A stretch of DNA of 64,000 nt from Clostridia bacterium (GTDB lineage: Bacteria > Bacillota > Clostridia > Christensenellales > CAG-917): NCBI GenBank assembly GCA_036654095.1, contig JAVVSR010000002.1, positions 1,375 through 65,374 of the forward strand, in the 5' to 3' direction. The notes under the pieces are model-generated. The model was given only the letters and a program-made list of their open reading frames with translations. It was not told the DNA's origin and searched no databases. The first letter of the stretch is position 1, and each line of letters starts with the position of its first letter. A program made the translations under genes and the position numbers. Positions 29,925 through 39,447 of this stretch are shown here, in pieces.

Positions 29925-31344
29925 TATCGACCTCCTTGACCCTACACACGGCAATTTCGCTGTGTTCGCCGCCCTTTTTGACAGCCGTTAATGGAATATT
30001 CAATTCACGTGAAATGATTTCCATAACTCGTGGCGCGCAAAACCCGCCCTGACATCTTCCCATACCCGCGCGGACTCTACGCTTAACAGCGTCGACCGTT
30101 GTCGCAGGGAGCGGACTGTGAATAGCGTTCACTATTTCTGCTTCGGTAATTTTTTCACATCGACAAATAATACGTCCCCATTTTTCGTCATTCTTAACAA
30201 GCTCATCGTGTTCGCTAGGAGTGAGTTTTGTAAACTTTTGATGATGAATATTATTTATAATGTTTAACGGCATAGGCTTAGGATATTCAGCGCAAATAAG
30301 GTCGGCGATATAATTGCCGATTGCAGGCGCGGCCGAAAGTCCTGGCGAACATATGCCAGCTAATATAAAATAATTTTTAATTATATCGGATTTTTTTATA
30401 ACAAAGTCGTCGCCAACAGCTGCGCGCAAGCCTGCGTAAAGTCTAATAACTTTTTTAAAGTTTGGATTTTTATAAACTCGTTTAGCGCCATCACGAATAA
30501 GAGTTAAGCTATTGCTATCAACCGACGTATCGCCTATGTTAGTATGAATTGACGTTGGCCCGTATAGCACATTTCCATCGGCGGTCGGAGCAACTAAAAT
30601 ACCTTTTCCACGCTCGTCTGGAAGCGGAAAAATAACACAATTTACCTTGTCGCCTTCAGTGTTGTCAAGCACAAAATATTCGCCCTTTTTATACTCGGTA
30701 GGATATTCCGCCTCGCCAACATAACGATTTATAATATTTGCGTTTGAACCTGCCGCATTAATTAAAAATTTGGACTTGTATTCAAATTTAGCCGTTTTAA
30801 CAGCAAAATAGCTGTCATAAACGTCAATTTTCGTAACTTCACTGTCAACTTTAACTTCAGCGCCGTTTAAAATTGCGCGGTCAACTAAGGCCACCGTCAA
30901 CTTGTATGGCGACACAACGCCTGCATCTGGCGCATACAATGCAATCGTCATATTTTTTGCAATATTTGGTTCAAGTTCAATAAGCCGTTCTCTTTCGACA
31001 ACCTGAACTTTAACACCATTTTCAAGACCTCTATTGTAAAGTTCATTAATACTTTCACGCCCCGCTTCGTCAGACACCACAATGCTGCCTACTTTTTTAA
31101 AAGGAACATCAAGCTCGTCACAAAGCATTGGATACATTGCATTTCCTAAAACATTAAATATCGCTTTTAATGTTTTAGGAAGGCAGTCATACCCGGCGTG
31201 TACAATACCACTGTTGGCTCGACTTGCGCATACTGCAACATCATCACCCTTTTCAAGCAACAAAACTTTGTAGCCACGACGGCTTAAACAATCTAATATT
31301 GACGCGCCAACAACACCGCCCCCTACAATAATACAGTCAAACAT
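29911..31344 (-). CDS. FAD-dependent glycerol-3-phosphate-dehydrogenase-like oxidoreductase with a BFD-like [2Fe-2S] domain
   Basis: DCIIVGGGVVGASI dinucleotide fold. C-terminal CRCEKITEAEI...GMGRCQGGFC. Confidence 0.7.
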   Translation of the reverse strand: MFDCIIVGGGVVGASILDCLSRRGYKVLLLEKGDDVAVCASRANSGIVHAGYDCLPKTLKAIFNVLGNAMYPMLCDELDVPFKKVGSIVVSDEAGRESINELYNRGLENGVKVQVVERERLIELEPNIAKNMTIALYAPDAGVVSPYKLTVALVDRAILNGAEVKVDSEVTKIDVYDSYFAVKTAKFEYKSKFLINAAGSNANIINRYVGEAEYPTEYKKGEYFVLDNTEGDKVNCVIFPLPDERGKGILVAPTADGNVLYGPTSIHTNIGDTSVDSNSLTLIRDGAKRVYKNPNFKKVIRLYAGLRAAVGDDFVIKKSDIIKNYFILAGICSPGLSAAPAIGNYIADLICAEYPKPMPLNIINNIHHQKFTKLTPSEHDELVKNDEKWGRIICRCEKITEAEIVNAIHSPLPATTVDAVKRRVRAGMGRCQGGFCAPRVMEIISRELNIPLTAVKKGGEHSEIAVCRVKEVDNGNL

Positions 31345-31539
31345 TTTTTCATCCTTAACGTTTTTTCTTATAGTTTATTTTGTGCTAATTTTAATTAAAC
31401 AATGTATTGCAGTTTACTTATGTAAAATACGTTTCTATTGTTTTTGTTAAAAACATATTTTTTAAATCAACATAGACACTTTAAATTTATGTAAGTCCAT
31501 AACCCGCAAACCTAACAAAAATTTTTGCTTAACAACCTG

Positions 31540-32097
31540 TTAGTCGTTATTTTCTTTACATACCTTTCCCTTGCCATACTTAGCTTCATATTGATTCATA
31601 TTATCTTCAATTACCAGTTCGGCATAACTGCGGTCACGTACTTCTAAAACTGTTGTAGTTTTATATTCAAGCTGTTTATATACATTCAAAAAGTGTGTCA
31701 TCTCCTCCATAATATGAGGCGGTAACTCAATAATATGATTGTAACTGTTCCACATTGGGTCCCTAAATGGTATAGCAATTATTTTGTGGTCAACCATACC
31801 TTCGTCTTGCATTGTAATTACTCCAATCGGATAGCACCTAACCAAAGACATCGGCGCAATAGTTTCGCTACAAAGCACCAATACGTCAAGCGGGTCCTTG
31901 TCATCGCTGTAAGTGCGAGGTATAAAACCGTAGTTTGCAGGATAATGCGTAGAGGTATAAAGAATTCTATCTAAAATCAGACAACCTGTTTCCTTGTCCA
32001 TTTCATACTTATTTTTGCTACCTTTAGGTATCTCAATAACGGCAATAAAGTCGTCCTTTTTAATGCGTTCTGCGGCAATGTCGTGCCAAATAGTCAT
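31540..32097 (-). CDS. ppa: inorganic pyrophosphatase (family I)
   Basis: EIPKGSKNKYE, YGFIPRT and DPLDVLV motifs. RBS AAGGAGAA. Confidence 0.9.
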   Translation of the reverse strand: MTIWHDIAAERIKKDDFIAVIEIPKGSKNKYEMDKETGCLILDRILYTSTHYPANYGFIPRTYSDDKDPLDVLVLCSETIAPMSLVRCYPIGVITMQDEGMVDHKIIAIPFRDPMWNSYNHIIELPPHIMEEMTHFLNVYKQLEYKTTTVLEVRDRSYAELVIEDNMNQYEAKYGKGKVCKENND

Positions 32098-32275
32098 AAT
32101 AATTCTCCTTCAATATTCATATAGTTTTAATATTATACTATATAAACAAATTTTTTGCCATAAAAAATAGGCACTTTTAGCAAATATAATGAAATATTTA
32201 GTAAAAAATCTTCATTCAAGTATAAAAAAATAGTTGCCAAAACAAAAGTCGTATGTTATTATAAACTAGCAATTC

Positions 32276-32362
32276 GCCGATGTGATGGAATTGGCAGACG
32301 TAGTGGACTCAAAATCCACCGGTGGCAACACCGTGCCGGTTCGAGTCCGGCCATCGGCACCA
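32276..32362 (+). tRNA. tRNA-Leu (anticodon CAA)
   Basis: Acceptor GCCGATG/CATCGGC. Anticodon arm GTGGA-CTCAAAA-TCCAC. Long variable arm. T arm GCCGG-TTCGAGT-CCGGC. Discriminator A and encoded CCA. Confidence 0.9.
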
Positions 32363-32371
32363 ATACAAAAT

Positions 32372-32405
32372 AAAACGAACTTAGATAATGAGTTCGTTTT
32401 ATTTT
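32372..32405 (+). terminator. terminator after the tRNA
   Basis: AAAACGAACT-9nt-AGTTCGTTTT followed by ATTTTAT. Confidence 0.65.
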
Positions 32406-32517
32406 ATACAAAAATTATTGTAGTACTTTATATTTTGATTATAGAGTATTTTATTTTTACAGTAAGAGTATAAAAAAATTTTAGACTTTGCAACGCGCTT
32501 TCCGTTTCAAATATAAA

Positions 32518-32548
32518 AGACACCGTAAACTTAATTCAGCGGTGTCTT
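32518..32548. terminator. terminator downstream of the EF-G paralog
   Basis: AAGACACCG-13nt-CGGTGTCTT with T/A runs on both sides. Confidence 0.6.
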
Positions 32549-32586
32549 TTATTTTTGATTTATGTTTAATTTATTTTTAATTACAT

Positions 32587-34659
32587 TTATTTTACAGCTT
32601 CAGCGCGCTTTTTAGCATCTTCAATGATTTTGGGCGCAACGCTTGACGGAACTTCTTCATATCTATTAAAACTCATTTTAAAGCGCCCTCTACCTTGCGT
32701 CATACTGTTAAGGTCGGTTGCGTAGCGGAACATCTCGGCCATAGGAGCTTCAGCTGTCAAAACTTGTTTTTTGCCCATAGTATCTGTCCCGATAATGCGA
32801 CCACGACGTTTTGTGATGTCACCCATAATATCGCCTAAGAATGTATCAGGTATGGTGATTTTAACGTCCATAATAGGTTCTAAAAAACAAGGATTTGCTT
32901 TTAAACAAGCTTCATTATAAGCCAACTTTGCCGCTGTGACAAACGCGATTTCCTTGCTATCAACTGGGTGATATTTGCCATCGATAAGTGACGCTTTAAG
33001 ATTTACCATAGGATAACCGGCTAACACGCCGCCCTTTATTGCCTCGCGCAAACCTTTTTCAACTGCCGGAATAAACTGTTTAGGAACAGCTCCGCCAACA
33101 ACGCCATCAACAAATTCAAATTCGCCATCGGCAGCGCCCGGCTCAAACCTGATGACAACAACGCCGAACTGACCTGCTCCGCCCGACTGTTTTTTATGTT
33201 TGCCTTCAGCTTCAACAGCTTTTTTAATTGTTTCGCGATACTCGATTTTCGGGTCAGAAAGTTTTGCTTCGACGCCAAACTTATTTTTCAATCTTGCGCA
33301 AATAATTTGAAGTTGCGACTCGCCCAAACCGCTAACAAGAACGTCGCCTGTTGCGGCATTTTTAGTAAGTTTAAATGTGCTGTCTTCTTCAAGCATACGC
33401 GTCAATCCATTGATAACTTTATCTTCCTCGCCCGACTTCGCGCTTGTGACAGCTAGGCTAATAACAGGCTCGGGAAAAGCTATTGACGGAAACTTAATTT
33501 TTTTGTTGCTATCACAAAGCGTGTCGCCGATATTTGTAGCAACTAACTTAGCTAACGCTCCAATGTCCCCCGCAACAAGGGAGTCCACAGTTTCTTGTTT
33601 TTTGCCTTTCAAAATATATAATGAACTTGCTTTTTCAGTTTTTTCCGAATTTGTGTTAAACATTTGGTCGCCCGCATTTAGCTTGCCCGACATAACTTTG
33701 AAATATAAAAGTTTACCAACGTACGGGTCGGCAACAGCTTTAAATACTTGAGCGCTAAATGGCAAATTTTCATCACACGAAACGTCAATCTCATTTGCGT
33801 CAACAAATGCCTTTTTAACGGGCGAATCAGCTGGAGACGGCAACATTTCACATATCTTGTCAAGTAAATTCATAACGCCTAAATTCGTTGTCGCGTTGCC
33901 CGCCATAAGAGGGATTAATGTATCGTTTAAAATGGCTTTACGAATACCAATTCTCAATTCTTCTTCGGTCAATGTTGCGCCTTCAAAATACTTTTCAATT
34001 AATGCGTCATCTGTTTCGGCCGCTATTTCAATAATACGAGCGCGGTAATCTTCAAATCGCGCTACCATTGACTCGGGAATAGGCATTTCATCGGTAATTG
34101 TATCAAACCTAAATGCTTTGCCCTTAATAACATCAACACAACCAATCATCTTGTTAGCTTCAATAATAGGAATTTCAACGGGAATAACTTTGCCGCCATA
34201 CGCCGCTGTGATTGCTTCTAGCGTGCCTTCAAAATTTGAATTTTCCTTATTAATTTGATTAATAAAAACAAATGCAGGTACTTTTTTTTCGGTGCACATT
34301 TCAATAGCCTTTTCTGTGCCAACGGAAAGCGAACCACTTGCGCTTGTAACAATAATCGCGCTGTCAACTACCGAAAGAGCAGATACTACTTCGCCTTCAA
34401 AATCAAAAAAACCTGGAACGTCTAGAATGTTTAGCTTGTTTTCCTTCCAAAAGCCGTACGCTGCAGCCAAACTTATGGAAATTTTGCGGTTAATTTCCTC
34501 GGGGTCAAAGTCCATTGTTGAGTTACCATCGTCGGTTTTTCCAAGCCTTTCAATACTTTTTGCATTGAACAACATTGCCTCTGCCAAGGAGGTTTTCCCC
34601 TCACCACTGTGGCCGATTAAAGCGATGTTGCGTATTAAATCAGTTGTAACCTTGCTCAT
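32587..34659 (-). CDS. elongation factor G family GTPase (EF-G paralog type)
   Basis: 690 aa with G1 GHSGEGKTS and G3 DVPG, and EF-G domain IV/V-like blocks. It is not next to rpsL/rpsG/tuf. Confidence 0.8.
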   Translation of the reverse strand: MSKVTTDLIRNIALIGHSGEGKTSLAEAMLFNAKSIERLGKTDDGNSTMDFDPEEINRKISISLAAAYGFWKENKLNILDVPGFFDFEGEVVSALSVVDSAIIVTSASGSLSVGTEKAIEMCTEKKVPAFVFINQINKENSNFEGTLEAITAAYGGKVIPVEIPIIEANKMIGCVDVIKGKAFRFDTITDEMPIPESMVARFEDYRARIIEIAAETDDALIEKYFEGATLTEEELRIGIRKAILNDTLIPLMAGNATTNLGVMNLLDKICEMLPSPADSPVKKAFVDANEIDVSCDENLPFSAQVFKAVADPYVGKLLYFKVMSGKLNAGDQMFNTNSEKTEKASSLYILKGKKQETVDSLVAGDIGALAKLVATNIGDTLCDSNKKIKFPSIAFPEPVISLAVTSAKSGEEDKVINGLTRMLEEDSTFKLTKNAATGDVLVSGLGESQLQIICARLKNKFGVEAKLSDPKIEYRETIKKAVEAEGKHKKQSGGAGQFGVVVIRFEPGAADGEFEFVDGVVGGAVPKQFIPAVEKGLREAIKGGVLAGYPMVNLKASLIDGKYHPVDSKEIAFVTAAKLAYNEACLKANPCFLEPIMDVKITIPDTFLGDIMGDITKRRGRIIGTDTMGKKQVLTAEAPMAEMFRYATDLNSMTQGRGRFKMSFNRYEEVPSSVAPKIIEDAKKRAEAVK

Positions 34660-34921
34660 AATTTACCTCATTTTATAATAAGTTGTTGTGAAAACATTAC
34701 CATTCTACAATATTTAGCGTCAATACGCAAGGATTTTTAAAAAGAAATATGTTTGGATTTTAAAATAGTATTTTATATTAAAGCAATAAAACATAATAAT
34801 ATAAGTAAAAAAAGCTATAAAATGATTAAATACTGTTAAAAATTGTATAAAAATTTATTGTTAATTTTATTTTTAAATTTATAAAAAAAGTTATTTTACG
34901 CAAATTTAAAATTTTGATTTT

Positions 34922-35680
34922 TTAATCGATATCAATAACTATTGATGAAATGTATGTATTGTAACTCATAAGCGATTGTAAATATTTAGTTGACTCATCT
35001 TCTCCGCTAAAGTGCAGATATAGGTGCGCAGTCGCATCACAAAACGGAACATTTAGCAAATTTTGAACACGCAACGCAACGCCATCGTTGCCGTCAAAAA
35101 CCAATTTATTTGGAAACAATTTTGCAATAGATGGCCTTAAAAAACAATAATGCGTACACCCTAAAACCAAATTTTCTACTTTATCAAAACCATTCAACAA
35201 CTCGCTAGTTAAATTTTCCAACAAGTCAAAATTAGGCAAACAATTTTCTATTTTCGACGCAAGCATAGTGGTGTCGCAGGTCACAATTCTTGACTTATTA
35301 TCTTCTACAATTTGCGCCTGTCTTTTTATTTTATATGTTAGCGGCGTAGCTAAATAGAGTATACTTCCATTCATTCGTAACGCTGGCTTGATGGCAGGTT
35401 CAATGCCCACAATGTTTATTGAAAAGCGCGCGCGCAAAGCTTCAATTACAGATGCCGTTGCAGTGTTACACGCAAGCACAACGAGGTCTACTCCTCTTTC
35501 AATAAAATACTCAATCCCCTTTTCAACATATACAAAAATTTCGTGCGGCCTTTTTGCGCCGTACGGAAGGTTTTTGTTGTCGGCGTAATAAATAATATCT
35601 ACGCCACCAAGCCTATGTAGAATTGCAGAACAGGTTGTTATTCCTCCAATTCCGCTATCTAAAACCCCTATTTTTATCAT
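34922..35680 (-). CDS. murI: glutamate racemase
   Basis: GVLDSGIGG, LACNTA and LGCTHY motifs. Confidence 0.85.
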   Translation of the reverse strand: MIKIGVLDSGIGGITTCSAILHRLGGVDIIYYADNKNLPYGAKRPHEIFVYVEKGIEYFIERGVDLVVLACNTATASVIEALRARFSINIVGIEPAIKPALRMNGSILYLATPLTYKIKRQAQIVEDNKSRIVTCDTTMLASKIENCLPNFDLLENLTSELLNGFDKVENLVLGCTHYCFLRPSIAKLFPNKLVFDGNDGVALRVQNLLNVPFCDATAHLYLHFSGEDESTKYLQSLMSYNTYISSIVIDID

Positions 35681-35702
35681 ATTATATGATATTGCAGCAA
35701 CT

Positions 35703-36632
35703 TTAAAAATATGAGAAGTATTTTTTTTCTGTGGTATTTTGGTAGGTTAAATTAATTCCATCGGCTATTATCTTCGCGCATATTTTAACGGCCTCATCTA
35801 TATCTTTAGGAGTCACTATTAAATTCAGATTGCCTTCTCCCAATACATTTACAGCTAGCGTTCTACGCTCAATTTGACCACTCTCGCGCACATCTAAAGC
35901 CATTTGCTTAAAGCAGTCTAGACTGTCAAAAATTATCGCGCGGGCATACATCGCTAGCGGAACGCCTATCGCTATTGTAGGCACTCCTAGGCTTAATTGC
36001 GATATTGCTTTTCGACCCGATTGACTTGCGCTCCCTGGTTCTATCCCCGCATTTGTCAACTGAAATGATTTAAATACTCGACTTATTTTTGTTGTCGCCA
36101 ATGTGTCAATTACTATCACAAGAGAAGCTTTTATTCTGTCAACAATCCCTTTTATTATATCAAACGACTCAATTCCAGTTACCCCAAATACCCCAGTAGA
36201 TATCGCGCATACATTTTTTAGACGCTGCCCCCTTGTATAGTCGCTTTCAATTATATTTCGCGTCACAATAAGGTCGTCAACAACCATCGCGCCTAACGCG
36301 TCTGCAACGACTTTTTCATTTCCTAAACCAACTACCAAAATAGTTGGCTTTGCGCCCATAAGCGTAGCCGTCATATCTCGCAATACATTTTTAATGCCTT
36401 TTGAGATATCTTGTTGCACTTCTCGTTCTGTTATTCGGCCATCACATTCTAACGTAATGTATATTCCCTTTTTCTTTTGAAGTTCCTTGGCTTCCAAATC
36501 TGTTTTAACTAGCATTTTGCGCTGCGTAATGCTATCGCTAATTTTTTTTGTTTCCGTATTATACTTTTTACTATTATCTAAATTTTCAGCAGCCTCAAAG
36601 GCCATATCGAACTTTAAATTTTGTTTTTCCAT
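35703..36632 (-). CDS. gpr: GPR endopeptidase (spore germination protease)
   Basis: VVGLGNEKVVADALG, GVTGIES, IVIDTLA and IAIGVP blocks, collinear with Bacillus Gpr. No obvious SD, so the start is uncertain. Confidence 0.75.
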   Translation of the reverse strand: MEKQNLKFDMAFEAAENLDNSKKYNTETKKISDSITQRKMLVKTDLEAKELQKKKGIYITLECDGRITEREVQQDISKGIKNVLRDMTATLMGAKPTILVVGLGNEKVVADALGAMVVDDLIVTRNIIESDYTRGQRLKNVCAISTGVFGVTGIESFDIIKGIVDRIKASLVIVIDTLATTKISRVFKSFQLTNAGIEPGSASQSGRKAISQLSLGVPTIAIGVPLAMYARAIIFDSLDCFKQMALDVRESGQIERRTLAVNVLGEGNLNLIVTPKDIDEAVKICAKIIADGINLTYQNTTEKKYFSYF

Positions 36633-36813
36633 ATAAATATTATGTATATAATTACAAAATAATTGCGTTCACATATATACACATTAATGTTTGTTCATAT
36701 TATTTTATGATGTGCCATTTTTTAAGGTAGACGTTAATAGATAAAATGAACTTGCCGATAACAAAAGTGGATAAACAAACTAAATGTATTAAAATTACAA
36801 ATTTTAGTTTGTT

Positions 36814-37043
36814 AAAAGCAGTTGCAAAGGCCTATAAAAGTGCTTGCAAAGGCTTATATTAGTTGTTGCAAAGACTTGTAAAAGCAGTTGCAAAGGCCTA
36901 AAAAGTTGTTTTAAAGGCTTATAATGGTTGTTGCAAAGGCTTATAAAAGTGCTGCGAAGGTTTATAAAAGTGCTTGCAAAGGCTTATAAAAGCAGTTGCA
37001 AAGGCTTATGAAAGTGCTTGCAAAGACTTATGAAAGTTTATGA
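36814..37043. repeat. tandem array of ~10.5 copies of a 22-bp unit (AAAAGYRSTTGCAAAGGCTTAT)
   Basis: Read directly: 8 units of 22 bp and 2 of 21 bp, each containing the TTGCAA palindrome. It lies in the gpr/rpsT divergent intergenic region. Confidence 0.95.
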
Positions 37044-37326
37044 TATTTTATCTAATGTATGTTATGTAAGCGAACTTACCCCTAAAACCAATATGATTTT
37101 ATTTTAAAGCGACAAATAAAGTCAAACAATAAAAAGACAATTAGCAAATATTTAATAAAAGTTTTTAGTTTTTTAATCAATTTAATAACTATATTAGCAA
37201 TATCTTTATGTTTTTATATAAATAGTAGGTTAAATTTTGAAAAAAAGATATGTTTTTTGTTGCCAAATAAATATTCTTATGTTATTATGTACAAGCATAT
37301 TGAGCTACACGAAAGGAGATATATCT

Positions 37327-37737
37327 GTGCCAAACATAAAATCACAAATTAAACGCGTTGAAATTTCCGCGAAAGAAAATGCAAATAATTCTGCTAAAAA
37401 AACAAGAGTTAAAAATGCTATTAAAAAGTTTAATGCCGCTATTGATGCTAAAGACATAAAAACTGCTGAGGCTTTGCTTCCTGAAACTGTTTCATTAATT
37501 AATTGCGCAAAAAGCGATGGCGTTTTCCACGCAAATACCGCTGCGCGCAAAATTGCATCATTAAACAAGTTTTTACACGCACTACAAATAGGCGCGCCTA
37601 TTCTTCCTGCTGTAAAGGTTTCAAAAAAGCCTATTGCCGCTCCCGTTGTTGAAGCTGTTGCAGCTCCCGTTGTTAAAGCTGTTGTAGCGCCTGTTGTTGA
37701 AGCTCCTGTTAAAAAAACAAGAAAGGCTAAAGCTTAA
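37327..37737 (+). CDS. rpsT: 30S ribosomal protein S20 with a ~50-aa Ala/Pro/Val-rich C-terminal extension
   Basis: GTG start behind AAAGGAGA gives (M)PNIKSQIKRV...HANTAARKIASLNK, the S20 core. The frame then continues through 3 in-frame 24-bp repeats encoding APVVEAVA/APVVKAVV/APVVEAPV. Confidence 0.85.
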   Translation: MPNIKSQIKRVEISAKENANNSAKKTRVKNAIKKFNAAIDAKDIKTAEALLPETVSLINCAKSDGVFHANTAARKIASLNKFLHALQIGAPILPAVKVSKKPIAAPVVEAVAAPVVKAVVAPVVEAPVKKTRKAKA

Positions 37738-37797
37738 CACTTATTTATATCGCTAATTACTTTCCTGCTGATAATCGGTAGAAGAGTTTTAATTTTG

Positions 37798-37825
37798 GGC
37801 AATCTAATTGATAGATTGCCTTTTT
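37798..37825 (+). terminator. rpsT terminator
   Basis: GGCAATCTA-attga-TAGATTGCC followed by TTTTT. Confidence 0.7.
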
Positions 37826-38073
37826 CAATTTCTAAACAAAATAATTATTACCTGCGCACTTATCGCAATACTTATAATTTTTTTATATGTAATGTATTTT
37901 AAGATTAACTGTTTTAATTCAAAATAAATATCCTTTTCAATAGGCAGTCAAAATAACACTCATTTTGACTGCCTATAACATTTAATAACAATATAATAAA
38001 AAATGAAAAATTACCTTGTAATTTAGTTAAAATTGCTGTAAAATTAAATTAATTATTATTAGGGAGGTAGTTT

Positions 38074-39447
38074 ATGAATTCTAATTACGACATCATTGTT
38101 GTCGGCGCAGGCACCGCTGGTACTTACTTTGCTAAAAGAATGGCCTCGGAAGGCTATTCTGTTTTAGTAATTGACAAAACTATTCAACAGGACTTAGGTA
38201 ACCGCTTAAATGTTTTTCATATTGATGAGGAATTGTTTTCGCGATTTGACGTTCCAAAACCTCAACCGGGCGATGAAGAATATGTAACTTTATTTAAATA
38301 TGGATTAGCGCGCTCGCCTTTTAACCGCTATGATAAACGTACGGATTATCCATTTTTAGTCATGAAATTGCCTGCTTTTTTAAAACGCTTAACCTCGTGG
38401 GCAACAAGTTTCGGCGTTGAATACTCTTTTGAAACCGAATTTGTTGATTTTATATATGCAAATGGCAAAATTTGTGGCGTAAAAATTAACAAAAACGGCG
38501 TTCGACTTGAAATTATGTGTCGATTAGTTGCAGATTGCTCGGGTATACCAAGTGTTGCTCGGCGCAAACTTCCGCTAAATTATGGCGTCGAAAACTTTGA
38601 AATTTCTTCGCGTGATAAATTTTATGTCGTTTTACGTTATGTTACTTTAACTAATCCTGAAAAAGATAAAATAAATACGTCAATAGGGTTTCCTTATTAC
38701 AAAACATGGATGGCGCCTTCGCTTGAAGCTAACGGAGCAATCTTTGGAGTCGGCGCAAATTTGAGCTATGAGTTTGCCGAAAAATGCTATCAGCAATTTG
38801 AAAAGGATATAAAACTTCCAAGCCATACCTTAGACCATATCGAAAAAGGTTCAACTCCTTATCGGCGTCCGCCATACTCATTTGTTGCAGACGGATTTAT
38901 TACACTCGGCGACAGCGCTTGCATTACAAAACCATTTAGCGGCGAAGGAATTACTGCCGCGTGGGTATTATGTGACATAGCAGCCAAAGCCATTACACCC
39001 GTTATGGCTAACAACAAATATCCTACTCGCGAAGCAATGTGGCGCGTAAATGTTGAATACAACAGAACACAAGGCGCAGATTTTGCAGAGCTTATGACAA
39101 CATTGATAGGCGCGGTTGACTGTACTCGGGAAGAAATGGATTATGAATTTAAAAAGAGTATTGTTTTTGAAGAAGCTATAATGACTCGTATGAATCGCAA
39201 ATTTGCAAACGTTATGACGATAGGTGAAATGTTTAGCATTGTCTTTAGAGTTTTAGGTGGATTATTTAGCCTAAATATTCGTTTTAAAACTGTTATGGAT
39301 TTAATTAAAACCATTCTTGATGCTGGAAAATTTAAAAAACTTTATCGCAAGTTTCCCGAAAATCCACAACAATTTTCAGAGTGGACAAAAAAGGTTGACC
39401 ATATGTGGAAAAAAGTTGGCACTATGGCTGACAAATGCAAAATTTAG
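38074..39447 (+). CDS. FAD-dependent oxidoreductase (geranylgeranyl-reductase/halogenase-like fold)
   Basis: N-terminal YDIIVVGAGTAGTYFAKRMA...VLVIDK dinucleotide fold. RBS GGGAGG. Confidence 0.6.
   Translation: MNSNYDIIVVGAGTAGTYFAKRMASEGYSVLVIDKTIQQDLGNRLNVFHIDEELFSRFDVPKPQPGDEEYVTLFKYGLARSPFNRYDKRTDYPFLVMKLPAFLKRLTSWATSFGVEYSFETEFVDFIYANGKICGVKINKNGVRLEIMCRLVADCSGIPSVARRKLPLNYGVENFEISSRDKFYVVLRYVTLTNPEKDKINTSIGFPYYKTWMAPSLEANGAIFGVGANLSYEFAEKCYQQFEKDIKLPSHTLDHIEKGSTPYRRPPYSFVADGFITLGDSACITKPFSGEGITAAWVLCDIAAKAITPVMANNKYPTREAMWRVNVEYNRTQGADFAELMTTLIGAVDCTREEMDYEFKKSIVFEEAIMTRMNRKFANVMTIGEMFSIVFRVLGGLFSLNIRFKTVMDLIKTILDAGKFKKLYRKFPENPQQFSEWTKKVDHMWKKVGTMADKCKI

Noticed and set aside
32282-32473. 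63-aa ORF
   Set aside because: It overlaps the tRNA-Leu(CAA) gene and its terminator, so it is an artefact of ORF calling.
36814-37043. Possible CRISPR array (also considered for 39657-39843 and 9483-9591)
   Set aside because: The repeat units are directly contiguous with no unique spacers, the units are degenerate, and there are no cas genes in the window. These are tandem repeats, not CRISPR.
37237-37326. N-terminal 30-codon extension of rpsT in the ORF track
   Set aside because: The upstream ATG has no SD. The GTG at 37327 sits behind AAAGGAGA and yields the canonical S20 N-terminus PNIKSQIKR.
37941-37975. Perfect 14-bp stem hairpin TAGGCAGTCAAAAT-aacactc-ATTTTGACTGCCTA upstream of the FAD oxidoreductase
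   Set aside because: Considered as a terminator, but no U-run follows on either strand and the rpsT terminator is already at 37798-37825. It could be a regulatory or processing hairpin, but there is no further evidence.
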